The notes beneath the pieces are model-generated. The model did no database searches, was not told the DNA's origin, and saw only the letters and a program-made list of their open reading frames with translations. A DNA stretch of 54,405 nucleotides, filler included, from Sphacelaria rigidula (lineage: Eukaryota), in the NCBI GenBank assembly GCA_964200075.2. It is 5 parts of 5 records of this genome, joined end to end, with 100 filler letters (N's around TTAATTAATTAA, not from the genome) between each part and the next. Parts side by side here need not be neighbours in the genome. Positions count along the whole stretch, not along the records: positions 10,903 to 21,703 come from CAXNAA020005886.1; positions 21,804 to 32,604 come from CAXNAA020005887.1; 3 more parts are not named here. The stretch is one strand, 5' to 3'. This document shows positions 13,076 through 25,376 of the stretch, piece after piece. The position numbers and the translations under genes were made by a program. Every line of letters starts with the position of its first letter. The first letter of the stretch is position 1.

Positions 13076-13924
13076 GGGCATCGCAGCGACCAATCAGCGA
13101 TCGTTTTTATGAAAGAGGATTTCAACAAAAAGGGGGGAAATCCCGTTCGATGAAAAGGGCACTGAGAGAGTACATCAGCATGTTACTGTACTCCTGTACT
13201 CTGCGTTGGTTGTTCTGGCTCTGCATTGAAAGTGTTCTCCAGGTCATCACGGTCGGGGTGGTCATGCGGCACTGACCAGACACAAGTGTTCTTGCCATAT
13301 TCCTAGGTTGCACAGATGTCGATGATGCGCCCGGGTGAACATATAATTTTTCTGCTTCGCGGACGGTAGGGTAGAGTTCAAGGGCAGGTCGAGTAGAGTA
13401 TGTACTTTTGAGTATGCTCCTGCTCGACGAACGCATACAGGAGAGCTATTATTTTGCCCCTAACATCCTCCTTGGAGGAAAAAACAAACGAACGGCTAAT
13501 TTTTATATTACTTTCACACCAACTACAAGGCCGGAGCGTGTTCGCCATTTTTGAGTTGTGTGCTTTGAGCCGAAATGCACCCACTGGGTTCAAACCCTTT
13601 ACAGGGCACATGCCGCGCTCAGCAGGAAAAATCGGACTATGGCCTATTATTTCTTCTGCAGGTTTTGAGAGTCGGTTTGAAATGCACGTGGAAATGAGGA
13701 TCAACCCCGGAGTGTCTCACTGGTGCGGAGGGGTATGTGGCGTCCAAAGAGGAATACCGTTACCTTCACGCACGATTTCTCCCTGTCAAGGATGTAGTCT
13801 AAAATCAAGTGTATCCCAAGAAACGAAGGAAAAGGGGCGATGGTTCAGGATGGTTAGTTGAGCGTCGCCAAACACCCCGGACACTTTTCGTAGGCTAGCA
13901 ACCCCCCCGCCTTTGGCACCCCTA

Positions 13925-14228
13925 CACACACAGCCATTTGGCTACCCCCCAAAATGCCTCCGGAGGGATGCGCGGCCTTTCAGAGGCAAAACAAGCCTCC
14001 GCAGGCCTTCAACCCCTCTGGAGGAAACCAAACACTACCGGCCTGGAGGGCCGCGCACCCCTCCGGAGGCAAAAACAAGCGTCCCGGTGCGTTTAATCCC
14101 TCTGGAGACAACAAAAAAGTATTCCTATGGGGGGCCGCGCACCCCTCCAGAGGCGTTCAGTTCCTCTGGAGGCTCGAAACGTTTACCGCCCTGGAGGAAT
14201 TTTGGGGATAGCCAGATGGCCGCGTGTC
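13925..14228. mobile_element. TA-flanked (Tc1/mariner-type) MITE with internal CCTCYGGAGG repeats
   Basis: TIR CACACACAGCCATTTGGCTACCCCCCAAAATGCCTCC versus reverse complement of GGAGGAATTTTGGGGATAGCCAGATGGCCGCGTGTC. TA at 13923-24 and 14229-30. Confidence 0.75.
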
Positions 14229-15676
14229 TAAAGCTCATCATGTTAGCTGTGGGGCTGGAAGCCCATATTTGCTTATAATTTGTACTTATTAGTTACGGTT
14301 AAGGTCGTTTTCGCTTCTCGCAATTTCGTTCTGAAAATACCACGCGTGCGAGAACAGTGGCGTTGGTACCAGCGGCGGTACTGCCACGTGCGTCAGTCGT
14401 GGCTTACCACTCTTATTATTATTAATATTGTTGTTGTTCTCCTTCTTCTTATCAATATGGTTATCATTATTTCCGTCAAATTAGCTTGATCTCTCGAACC
14501 CGTGGTCACAGTAGTGCATGGATCATGCCATCCATAACCATGAATCAAACAGCAACAGAGGAAAGCGAGAAGTAAACAATGGCGAAAACGGGTGACATTG
14601 GCGAAAACGATCCCAAGAGTTGGAGTCACCAGCTGCTCGTTGTGCTCAGATGTATATCTTGATTTGCACGTGGATTTTGCCTCCGCAAACCGACCTCTTT
14701 TCTTGGTGGGGCTATCGTGGAATCAATTACATCCGCACCATATTCCGAAAATGAAATACTTCCTGCAGTTAATATTGAGTGCCCCGCCCCCCGCGCCCAG
14801 AGTGTGAAAAAGTGAAAGACTCGGAAAACGTGCGAAAAACAACAGCAGTGTAGCGAGGATTGTAACCCATAGCTAGCCTGGTAGTCCACTTGCCTCAGTT
14901 CACTTGCTACTGGTGGCACGGTGGATTCCAACCAAATATTCGAATCAAAAGAGGTCAGCATTTGTTCCCAGCTCAGAACTCTATAATCAGATGATGGCCA
15001 ATACAAGAAGGAAGAACAAGGTAGGCACATAATGGGCCGAAGTCCTGCAGCAACTCCATCTACAGTACTGTACGGCAACCGTGAAGACGCCGCCCACCAC
15101 ATGCCCCGAATCCCTCGGGAGCATCTGACTCAATTTTAATATCCTGGTTATCCGGCAGTTATGTGATAACAACAATGTGATGCACAGTTGACATAGTTCG
15201 TCATACGGCCTCATCAGAGGCTACTCGCAGAAGCAGCGCCCGCAGACCCACACAGGCGCGCAGCAGCCACGGGCGGGGCGATTGTGTTTCGTTCCACGCC
15301 CGACTACCGAGTCGCACGTCCTGAGATTGATTGCTGCGTTTTCCAACTTTTATCAACGTAATATTGGACGTGAACGCGTCGCAAGCCATATCACTAGCGC
15401 TGGGCAGGTACTTCGTTTTTTTTAATGGTTTTGTTGGTGGGGATTACCGTCAACCCCAGTGAGCTGCTCGCACGTGGAAAGGCCACCACCGTATTTGAGT
15501 TGGCATGGACCTTGGTGGTAGCCCTCGTGCGATCCATCTGGCCTTGGCCACATACCCACTCTTTTTTCGCCGTAGAAAGTAGCCGTACCCTTCCATTGAT
15601 CCCTCCTGATTCCGTCGGAAGTTGAACTATATAATGTACCCACTTAGCCTCCCACAGTCGTGCTGCCCCCCCCTCG

Positions 15677-16280
15677 GTGCTCCGTCTCGAAAGGGATGCG
15701 TGATCAACGGTCACACGACTAAGGCAAGCAATAGATGAGTACGCCCCCCCTCCAAGAGCGTCACTAGAAAGCGCTATCTGCAACGCTTAAACGGTGTGTT
15801 CTGGCACGCCAAACCCGACCCCCGCTTCAAGAAGGGTGTCTGATCCACGAACGGGGCAAAGGAAACAGGGAGTACCAGAGCAAGTCCAAACGGGGCAAAA
15901 AAACAGGGAGTACTCGAGTTAATACGAATGGGGCAAAAAGTTAGAGAGTAACAAAGTAAAAAGAGCAAAGGCCTGGGGGGTGTACTCATGATCTTGCATG
16001 CCATAGTCGTAAGACCATTGACCTCGCATCCCTACAAAGTCGGGACGGAGCACGCTGGGTTTTCGGCGGACCAGGCTCGCGATCAATCATCGAGCGCGAT
16101 CAGCCGTGGTGTGTTCGGTGAGTCGCATGAAGGGTGAGCTGCATCCTCCCAAGATTGTTCGGCCCGAAGCGTACTGACTGTCTTGCATTTGGATGACAGC
16201 CTACGATGGGTTGCTTCATCTTCTGGTATTGCCACTTCCAAGTACAGCCACGGCTCTACACTGCCTAATGGATATCTGAC
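15677..16280. repeat. Inverted pair of module M around a tandem-repeat cassette, plus a ~230-bp extension shared with 34685-34910
   Basis: M(-) at 15677-15750, three ~39-bp AACGGGGCAAA..CAGGGAGTAC units at 15850-15960, M(+) at 15976-16053. 15976-16280 aligns by eye with 34601-34910. Confidence 0.75.
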
Positions 16281-16770
16281 CATAAAGACCGGGAGGTGGG
16301 TGTGGGGGGTGACAGAAGATTACTCGATGTAATGTAGACATAGCTCCCGAAACACGCGGCTGCCATAATATGAAAGGTTTCCTAGTGTACACCCCATTCA
16401 AGGCCTAACTATCCAACAGTGCCGGCCCGCTGATAACAAACAGCTATTTTGAGCAAGGCTCAAAACCTTAGCAGCCGATATGAGCGTTGTTTCTTATTTC
16501 ACTATTTCTTGTGTCTAGCCATGAAAATTGCATCCACTTATTGTTTTGGTCATTTCCCATTCCTAGCCCAGCAATTTCTTCATGTTGCTTGCGGCACTTA
16601 TTCTTCATACAAACGAACTTTCGTTGCACGATATTGATCGATTTCCTACCGCGTAATTTCCCATCATGTCTCATGTCTTCATATCAATTTCGAACCGCAA
16701 ATTTGTTACTTTCTCGAAAATCTAAGGCTCAACTTCTCCCGGAGGCATTTCATATCAGAGGGCCGAAATT

Positions 16771-17060
16771 CACTCACGTTGGCCGGGACTGTAACAATAC
16801 TCACGATAGAGGGGGCTGCAAAACACTCCTCACAGGGGGGGGAGACTATATAACACTCGCGATACGGGCGGGCCGGAAGAACACTCACGATAGGGGCGGC
16901 TGTACTGATACTCACGATAGGGGGGACTGAAAACAAACTCACGATAGGGGGGGGCTGTAAAAAGACTTACGATGAGGGGAGCGGGGGGGTCGTAAAACAC
17001 TCGCGATCGGGGGCACTGTAAAAACACTCACGATAGGGGGGACTGAAAAAATACTCACGT
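16771..17060. repeat. G-rich minisatellite, ~28-nt unit
   Basis: About 11 anchors of consensus ACTCACGATAGGGGGGG(A/G)CTGTAAAAAC, spaced 26-34 nt apart. Confidence 0.85.
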
Positions 17061-17611
17061 TATCAACCTGAACAACATGAAAAAAAGGCGTAGGCTAAAT
17101 GGTGACCGATTGGTGGCGGAACGCTCTCAATGGTCTCGTGTACATAGAATTATTGTCATGCGCCTAGCCCCCTGGCCTATGCCACGTTGGCACACTATTT
17201 ATTTATTTCTTTTCAACAACACGTATTACGCGCAATTGTGAGCACATATGTTCGAATAAAAGCACAGATGATGACGGTGATAACGGGTCGGTCGGCCGGC
17301 CGATGCTGAGTTCGAGATGGTGAAAAATATTCACATAATGTCAGAACATACATCTATTGTATACTTGGCTACTCCAATACATTTTTGTGTATTTGCGTGT
17401 ATTTTGCACGTGAAACTTCAGCTCACAACTTTACATGATTGGGCCTCTCATTCCATTTTTTGTACCTCGGCGCCCACTTGCGATGTCGGGTACAATGTTT
17501 GTGTTGTGGGCCCAGGTTTCCACCTTTCGGCATATGTGGGCATATAGGAGGAAGGTCAACACGGGATTTAGCGTTTTGATTTTTGTTTGAGCACTCGACC
17601 TTCCTTCTGCA

Positions 17612-17830
17612 GTGCTAGCCTTAGTTTTATCGCGAGAAGGGTTCAGCAGTCCTCTTCCCTCGTCGACCGGGGACTCAAATTTCGTTTACCCACGGCATAG
17701 TTGCTCTCGAATGTTGAGCATGACGTGAGAAAAAACCCAGATCATGTTTCCTCGCCGAGATTCGAACCCACGTCCCAACCATCACAAGGTATCGACGTTA
17801 CCAACCCAACCAAGCCATCGGGGCGACCGG
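17612..17830 (-). mobile_element. tRNA-derived SINE
   Basis: Minus strand starts CCGGTCGCCCCG, then an A-box-like TGGTTGGGTTGG and B box GGTTCGAATC. Body ends CCCTTCTCGCGATAAAACTAAGG; homologous to 42926-43420. Confidence 0.75.
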
Positions 17831-20800
17831 TTATGGATCCCGTTATTCACCAGGATGAACTCATGAGCGAGACAAGGATACCGTTTTTTTACATGGTTCA
17901 TTTCTGCAAGTTTGTACCTGAACATTTGAAGACATATTCCTGCCATGCAGTACGAAAGCGGCGACAGTTTTCCCAAGATATCAGTCGAGGGCGAAAGAGA
18001 AAAGACAATATAGCGCCGGGACATGAATCTCACAAATGTTCGAACTCTCGTATCTCAATGAAAGTAACAAAAACGTTTCGAAACGTCCAGTCCAGGATTA
18101 TAAACTGCCATCTATAACGTCCATGTGAAAGGTCGGCTAAAGTTTCTGCAGATTCGACAGCTTATCAAGTGTTGTACAACGGTGAATTTGCGATCGCGAG
18201 TATGAGCAACGGGGTATTCGCGAAAATACATGATCAAAATGGGGGAAAACAGTTTAAAGACGGTTCGCAAAACTGTCGGTACTCGGTGAAAAATCATCGT
18301 AACGGAGGCAATCAAGCACCAGTGAAACGTTCCGGCAGTAGGCAGTGCTGCAGTTCGCAGTGATACACTTGCATCCGGCTGAACTTACGATGGCAGCTGC
18401 CCTAGTCGAGCTCTCGTGTTCGCCACCGCCCGCCGTCCTCCCCATGAAGCCTCTGCTCTGAGCTTTGCTTGCGCACTCTTTGCACTCGTTAGCTGCTTCC
18501 TTTGTCCTTGATCTTGGCCGTGAATGGTGTGGCTTAGTGTACCAGCATCACACAGGGAGCGCTAACGCGATGCTGCTGCGGGTTGTGGTGTGCAGGGTGC
18601 ACTACGTGGGATCCAGCTCGTGACCGTCAGCGGCCATTGGGTTATTTTGAGTATAACCAAACTTGAGGACCAACTGAAATGAGAGCACAAAAACATCCTG
18701 GTCAACTAGAAATATAGGGTGCTTGCGCAAAACAAATCCAGGTCTGGTCTTCAAGTCCAGAGCATGAGCGGACTGAAAGCGATTTTGGTTCAACGACTAG
18801 CTTTTAAAGACCCCGCCAACTATGATGATGTAAAGACCAAATTTGAGTGTTGGGCTCGTTTTATTCTGTCGGCCAACAATCCCAAGTCCGCTCGGTCTTT
18901 GCCATTACGGTGTTTTGGGAAGCAGATTTCCCCCCAAAATCCGCAGCAAAAAGACCGTTTTGGTTTTTCCTCGATTTCGCCTTTCAGATGTAGATGCTAT
19001 TGGCCGACAGGCCCGGAGGGTTTTCCATCCCCCCGGCACGTACCACACAAGCTCCATCATCGCGCGTAGGGCGCCCCCCAGACCACACGCTGACAACTGT
19101 AAGTGTGACATTGGTGTTCTCACGAAGTCAGCACAGCAGTATATGCAGAAAGGAAGAGTGTTTAAGCACAACTTGACACAGACAGCGAGTATCACGAACA
19201 ACGTAAAACAAACGCGACGTGTATCCGGCTTGCACGGAAGTTCAGAGTAGGAGAAGGGAGCAACCACGCGACACAGGAGGAGATGTTTTTCTTCATACTT
19301 TTCGATTTCCCTGCCTTCGCCGGTGACAACATGTCAAGGATCTAGGGGTGTCTGATTTCATACGCCGCTACATTTTCAGACAGTCGTGCAGAGCCGTATT
19401 ACTACTTTCTGAAAACGTTGCACAGTGTTGCCCAAGGTCGGCTTTCCGAGCAGTGTGTGCCCCGTGGTGCTTGACAGTGTTGGACAGTTGGTTGGTGCAT
19501 AGTGAGTAACACTTGAAGGCATGCTGAGAGCAGAAAGCGGCGCGCATCTGCTGTAATCGCCCCCCAAAGCCGGCGAAGGAAAGCATATCACGAGGTCAGG
19601 GCGCACCCAGTGCAGGAGCGGAGAGACTGTTGTTGCGGTACCCAGCACACTTTTTTTCCTCATGTAGGTTGTTGCCCCGGGTGTCTCGTTGTCACGGCCG
19701 TGACCTCGGGAGTTAGTTGCTCAAGCCTCAGAAATAGTCAGCAAACTTGATATGTAGCTACATGTCTCTGTCAGCGCTTAGGGGATTCAACACCAATCAA
19801 TCGCCGCTGTGTTAACAGACTGCGGTTTTACGTTGTTTGTGCTAATTGCTGTTGTTTACAGTCAGTACTGTTGGCTGTCCTCTAGTCAGCTAATTATCGG
19901 CTCACCTCCCATAGATAGAGATGACTCAAAGTGAAATACATTATTTTCGCAAAGAGTGCGATTATGGCCCAGCGTTTGAAAACCGCCACTCGGCCAAAAT
20001 CGGGCTCATCCGAAATCAGGGGAAGAACTATTGCATGGGACATGCCCTGTATCACTGTGCTGCAGCACAAACACACTCATGCGCTGTTCCTTGTGCTGTA
20101 GTTGTCGCTGCGCTGTGGTGTCTCCAGGCCTGTTCGAAGACGGTCTGGTCTCCGCTGGGACTGACTGTATGAGTTGTTTCGTTACTACTGTCATGGCGTT
20201 CGTCTCTTCAAAAAATAAATGCTGCCAACACGCAGTGCTCTCTACATACTGATAAAACTTTCATGGTATGTTGGCTATTTCGTCTCGAGTCAAGCGAACA
20301 AGGCGCTTCCCAAACCCATCATTTATATGCTGTAGTTGTCGTTGTGCTGTTGTGCATCTTGACACTTTACGACGATCACGGTGCGATGTGCGCTGGAGAG
20401 TGCCTGAACAGTTGTAGCGCTGCATGCCATGTTTCGGTCTGCACTGAATTGGGGTGGGACCTCAGTATTTATCCTTCTTAAGAGGAATCATACTTGATTT
20501 GGGTGTGAACACGGATATTCGCATCTTGGGTGGGCCAGGCCATACTGGTCTCGTCGACCACGTCACGGTGAACGACTCCATCTTGAGCAAAGGTTTGATG
20601 CACAACCACGGCTGGTCCTCTTCCTACATCGAATGCGTTGTCGTCAAACAAACAGCGCTCTGTCACACGAAAAGTAGCTTGCGAAGACCCAAACCGTCCT
20701 GCCAGACTTTCCCAGGAAGAACTTTCGCAGCGCATCCTCGTCGAGTACACACCCAAACACAGCGCTCAACACATACACCTTACACAATGACCTGTTGGCT

Positions 20801-21544
20801 GTCACCGAGCGTTTACCTGGATGCTCCGCAAATATAGAGAAGATACTACAGCTGAACCCCTCACGAGTTTACGCCCACCCGCACTCAAGTGCGGACAAAG
20901 TCTAATTGTACTAGATTCTTGTATGTTGGTGCTGGTGTCTCCGCTCAGTGTTCCACCACAACACCACAACAGTGGGAAGCTATGTTGGCATCGCAAAAGG
21001 GGTCAGGCAGGCGGCAAAGACAGGCTACGAGTAAAAAGTACGCTGTTTGTGCCCATGTGATAAATTACTTGTGATCAAAATGATTCTCCTGGTCTGCAAC
21101 AACTTCTGTGCAAACCGGATACACGTCACGTCAATCGCTGTCTGTGTCAAGTTGTTCTTAACGTACTATTTCTTTGTGCATATGTTGGTGTGCTGACTTC
21201 AAAAAAACACCACTGCCACACCATCTCCCGTTGATTCGCCATATTCTGGGCGTGTGCTCTGGTGTCAGCGCGAACAGCGAGGTGACTGGTGTGGTGTGTG
21301 TTGTCGGGAGGACAGTTACACGTTACACGTTACGCCCGTTGGCCATTAGCATCTACTATTAAAAGACCAAACCGAGGAAAACGCAACCATCGAACTTTGG
21401 ACTGGCTTTGGACTTCGGGGTATAACAAAGTCCAAGTCCTGACCCAAAATTGTTCTGCGCAAACACCATAATGAGAGCAGAAAAACGAGGTTGTTTCACC
21501 ACTTGGTGGGTATCGAACTTTCTCGGGAATTTATGATTTCGAAT

Positions 21545-21583
21545 AACTCTAACCTTGACCCTAACCCTACCCCTCACCCCAAC
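21545..21583. repeat. Degenerate interstitial telomere-like (CCCTAA)n
   Basis: TAACTCTAACCTTGACCCTAACCCTACCCCTCACCCCAAC. Confidence 0.6.
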
Positions 21584-21703
21584 AAGGCATTCCGAGAACC
21601 CTCAGGCAAGGGGGGGGGGGGGGGGGGGGGTGTTCCTTTTTTTTGTTTGCTTTCCTTTTTTGACCCATCCCCTCCCAGCCCTGGCGACGCGGCCCAGCCG
21701 GGG

Positions 21704-21803
21704 NNNNNNNNNNNNNNNNNNNNNNNNNNNNNNNNNNNNNNNNNNNNTTAATTAATTAANNNNNNNNNNNNNNNNNNNNNNNNNNNNNNNNNNNNNNNNN
21801 NNN
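21704..21803. other. Artificial contig linker
   Basis: N44-TTAATTAATTAA-N44. Confidence 0.98.
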
Positions 21804-22521
21804 GTGGGGAAAGCACTGTTTTAGGCTTGAACCTCATCTCGGAATTAAATCTCAATTAGCACAATTTGTTGTTATGTGTTTTCATCCCCATGCCGCGTCT
21901 TTTTTGCTTGTCAGGAGAAGTTTTGGACCCTTCCATCAGTGGAACGCTTTCAAAGAGGGCGTCAATCTCCCTTACAATATTGGGAAGCTCAACAAGAAGG
22001 GAAAATGTCCTGATATAAATTACACCAAAGAGAGAGCAACAAATCCTAATGCGATGGGCAGCGGGTGTTGGGGTAGCTTAAGAAGGAGGGAAACACGGAG
22101 CTTACTTTTGAAGTGATAGGGGCGTCTAAAACCCATGACAAAGTCGAGACGCTGCTCAAAAACACGAGTGGCTTTGACCGTATGGTAAGCGGTGCACGCG
22201 AGATTCACAGCTTCAAGCCCGTCGGGTTTGTGACGAAGGACGTGAGGAAGCGAACGGCGTGTGGACGTGAAATCAAAGGTCTCGTACGGTAGGTAATCCC
22301 GTCGCCGCGATATCTCGCTTCTCCCGCTCAGCATCAGCCGTTGTATCGATCGTGGGAGGGAGCGAGAGAGAGAAAGAGAGAAAGTATGCCAGCGCAGCTC
22401 CATGTGAGACTATCGCGGCTCGTGTCGCATTCGTTACGGACCGCTTTCTGCTTGCTGGTTGATCCCCTTGGTTTTGTTTGACGCTGGCCGCCGTTTTTGC
22501 CGTCGTGAGTTTTGCTGTCCA

Positions 22522-23906
22522 TCATAATCCTACACCGCTGCATTGTTTGCCGTCTATAACTACGTAGTCGCCGGGGGCACAAACTGTGTCCCCGTTTGAT
22601 ACGTCGCCGGTCTCTCTTCGAAAGACACAGTCTCCACTAAAGCGTCACCCAGCGAAAGCGTAGCGGTCCGTCCGGACCCCGAGTCCGGCTCGAAGGCGAA
22701 AGCCATGGCAAGACCCCGCTCGTTCTCGACCATACCCCCTCTTTGGACAAACTTCGAACCCCCTTACGGGAAAGCCTGGAACAGATAGCTTCACGCTGTC
22801 GCCCGTCTTGAAGAGGTCGTTCAAGGGAACGTCTGCCGCCAACTCTGTTCCACTTGCTGAACCCACCGGATTCTCCGGATCCAGATCGGTGTACACCTTG
22901 AACTGGTACGAAGAATCCGGCGGAAGTTCAGCTACCGTGAACGCAAGGTCGGCCGTATCTCCACCACAGCACCCTCCGAACCACCATTCAGGATGTGTGT
23001 CACAGTTTACGATAGTGCCGCAGGAACTTCGCTCCAAAGTTATCTCAGCCGCGCGATGGTGCATTGCTACGCCGAGTGCTACCTGTGAGGCTGCAGAGGG
23101 TGATTCCTATGTGACCATGCAGTACGTTGTGACATCTTCTTCCACTCCTACCATGCCCAAATTCGGGCCAGTATTACTCGACCTCAAGAGCATAACCTTG
23201 ACCACAGTTGCCTTATCGAGGGTTAGTGGACCAAAGGCAGATATCGGAACGGAAGACTACCTACTTACCACCGAGGACGCCCTGCTACTAACAAGGTTTT
23301 CTGATATGTTGTACGCTCTCAGTCGAGGCGCCCCGTCATAAATAAGAGTACAGTTTCCTATCGTGACATCTGTCATCACCGTAAAGTATTTTGCGTGCAC
23401 GATCTCAACGGCTATGAGGAATCTGAGTGTCCAGGTCGACGGACCATCACAACCACAAAAATGATGGTCTCCGCCAAATGTCGCGTCCTGCCCGCCGGCA
23501 TCCGCCCCAAGCGACACTCCGTTATCTGTTGAAAGCGGAGCACCCAGTGGTGCCGCGCTTGTCAGAGCGTTCACAGTAGTCGCGTCCAGCACACCACCCA
23601 CACTCGAAAATCATAAACATGAACCATAAAATATTCGTACGAAGGGTCAGAGGTGTCTGTGCTGATGCTGAACGTACCCGTGCCCGTATCGATACGGGTC
23701 TGGATCTGCAATTTGACTAGAGCCCCGTAAACGTAAATGTTCAAAACCTTTGTGCCGCCGTCAAACGTACAAAGTGAACCCACGCGTTAAGTGGAACTGC
23801 GATCGAGCCGAGTGTCGTAGTAGAGTGGTATTATTGTAGCATCAACGGAAGAACTTCCCCACATGTATCGGTCACATGTCACTGCAACGCTTCCGACTTG
23901 GACCAT
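22522..23906 (-). pseudogene. Decayed intronless LamG/concanavalin-like + FN3 gene, resembling Phaeovirus (giant virus) proteins; probable endogenous viral element
   Basis: Reconstructed across frameshifts and stops. LamG-like: AVPLNAWVHF..TFDGGTKVLNIYVYG...GTGTFSI...VYDFRVWGGVLDATTVNAL. FN3-like: AEITWSEVPAALS*TVT...AFTVAELPPDSSYQFKVYTDLD. C-terminus: LNDLFKTGDSV..KFVQRGG..FEPDSGSG..TVSFEE..GDYVVIDGKQCSGVGL*. The 5' boundary is uncertain and the viral assignment is from recalled family resemblance. Confidence 0.7.
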
Positions 23907-24308
23907 CGATACGTTTTGCAGTAGAGATTCTACAACGAACGATCCATACAAAAACGAAAACCACCGCAAGCACTTCGTTCGGTGGAGCAATCGATGGAAA
24001 ACAAGCAACGAACGAAAACACGTACCCGCTGCATCAACTTAGCCACTTTAGCCGCCGCCTACACACATCTTGTCGGTAGACTGCAAGAAGGGCTCAAGCT
24101 CCAGCTTGGGCAGGCTGAGCCACTTCTCCGCTGCGTCACCCACCCTCAATGTTACCCCTATTGTGACCGCTCTCCCGTCCCGCCACCTCCGCAAACGAGT
24201 ATGTCAACACTACCACGGCATCCTAACAGTTACTCTTCATGTGCCTGTTCCCGCTCGGGCTTAATGCCGCGGTTACTTCCTCTCTGCACACACCGTCCCC
24301 GAGCCGAG

Positions 24309-24514
24309 CTAGTGGCGATTGAAGCAGTTAAAATTGATCTCTTTGCACCCGCATTTCAATAACAGACCGCTACCACCTAGGATAGCCAATACTCCGGCAA
24401 CGATTCCAACGATCGCGCCGATCGAAATCCCCTCATCCCCACCCTCGTCCTCGATACCGTTGCCGGTGATGGGCGATGGCGATGGCGCTGGGGTCTCCTC
24501 CTCGGCGGGCGCTC
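24309..24514 (-). CDS. Terminal exon of orphan single-pass membrane protein (Pro/acidic stalk, TM helix, short Cys-containing tail)
   Basis: Acceptor TTTTCGCAG, phase 1. Peptide GAPAEEETPAPSPSPITGNGIEDEGGDEGISIGAIVGIVAGVLAILGGSGLLLKCGCKEINFNCFNRH*. Phase matches exon 28694-28805. Confidence 0.8.
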
Positions 24515-24689
24515 CTGCGAAAACACGGGCGTAGGGTACACACGACGAGAGGATATCACGAAAGGGTTGTGGCGATAGAGAACGGAAGATTCGACGCGTT
24601 TGAGTCTCTTGGTTCACAACTCGCATCATCCGGACTCCCACCACAGGGGTCACACACAGCAGCTCGCTCGAGTGCGTGCACGAGCACAA

Positions 24690-25376
24690 CGGTTTGTAAG
24701 ACCAACCGAATTGACCGCGCCCTGTGGACCTCCGCAGCAAATAAGGAGGGAGGGTTGCCGTGGCACGCGGGAGTGCTGCAGGGAGCGGAGAGGTTCATAA
24801 CCTCATGGCACAGAAATGAAGAGGAGACCAGCCGACTGCGTGCGATTACACGGGAGACCAACGAAGCCCAAATAACACAGCAATGACGACGTCCAGAGAA
24901 CGGGAGGTGGGGGGTGAATCCCCCCGAAAAGGGGCGTCGTTATGTTATGCAGTGCTTGTCTTGATACACCTGGTATGCTTGTACGTATAGCTGTCTCTCG
25001 AGAGGTCGAAAGATGGAACCTTGCGATTCTTAGTTCTTTGGTTGACGGTATTTGGGGCCTTGAGTCTCGCCCGTTGTCTTATGTCCATTTCTACTTTGCG
25101 TTGCGCGTCGAGTTGGAAAGCCGGGTGCCACCCCCTGAAGTCCGCATGGCCACCTACGGCACCGGATCTTCTGAGGTTAGCCATATGCACACTCCTTCTT
25201 CTTGATTGTTTTTGCCTGTTCTGCTTATATCGCGTTTTGGTTGTGCTAATCTACGTCTTCTCTTTTTTTTGCTAGCCTGTGACCACGGAAGGCGTCCGCA
25301 TCAGATGCCCAGTACGAATGTACCGCGCAGATATCGGAAAAGTTTTTTATTGTGAAGACAACAACAACAACAACAA
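24690..25376 (+). mobile_element. RTE LINE 3' fragment, (CAA)n-tail family
   Basis: ALWTSAANKEGGLPWHAGVLQGAERFITSWHRNEEE resembles the ORF end of the RTE at 5502-8000. Ends TGTGAAGAC(AAC)n; the same terminus occurs inverted at 42452-42540. Confidence 0.75.

Noticed and set aside
16771-17060. CRISPR-like periodic array
   Set aside because: Units are wholly homologous with no unique spacers, there are no cas genes, and the context is eukaryotic.
17740-17830. Functional tRNA gene
   Set aside because: A and B boxes are present but there is no acceptor-stem pairing, and the head continues into a body shared with the SINE at 42926. The anticodon identity differs between copies.
18719-18830. SAP-domain-like peptide SGLKAILVQRL
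   Set aside because: Lacks the first SAP helix and convincing splice sites, and lies within an inverted-repeat end region; probably chance.
22020-22500. Second viral-like gene next to the relic
   Set aside because: Open stretches exist on both strands but no motif or boundary could be recognised.
22808-23341. 177-aa plus-strand ORF
   Set aside because: Antisense shadow of the minus-strand LamG-FN3 relic.
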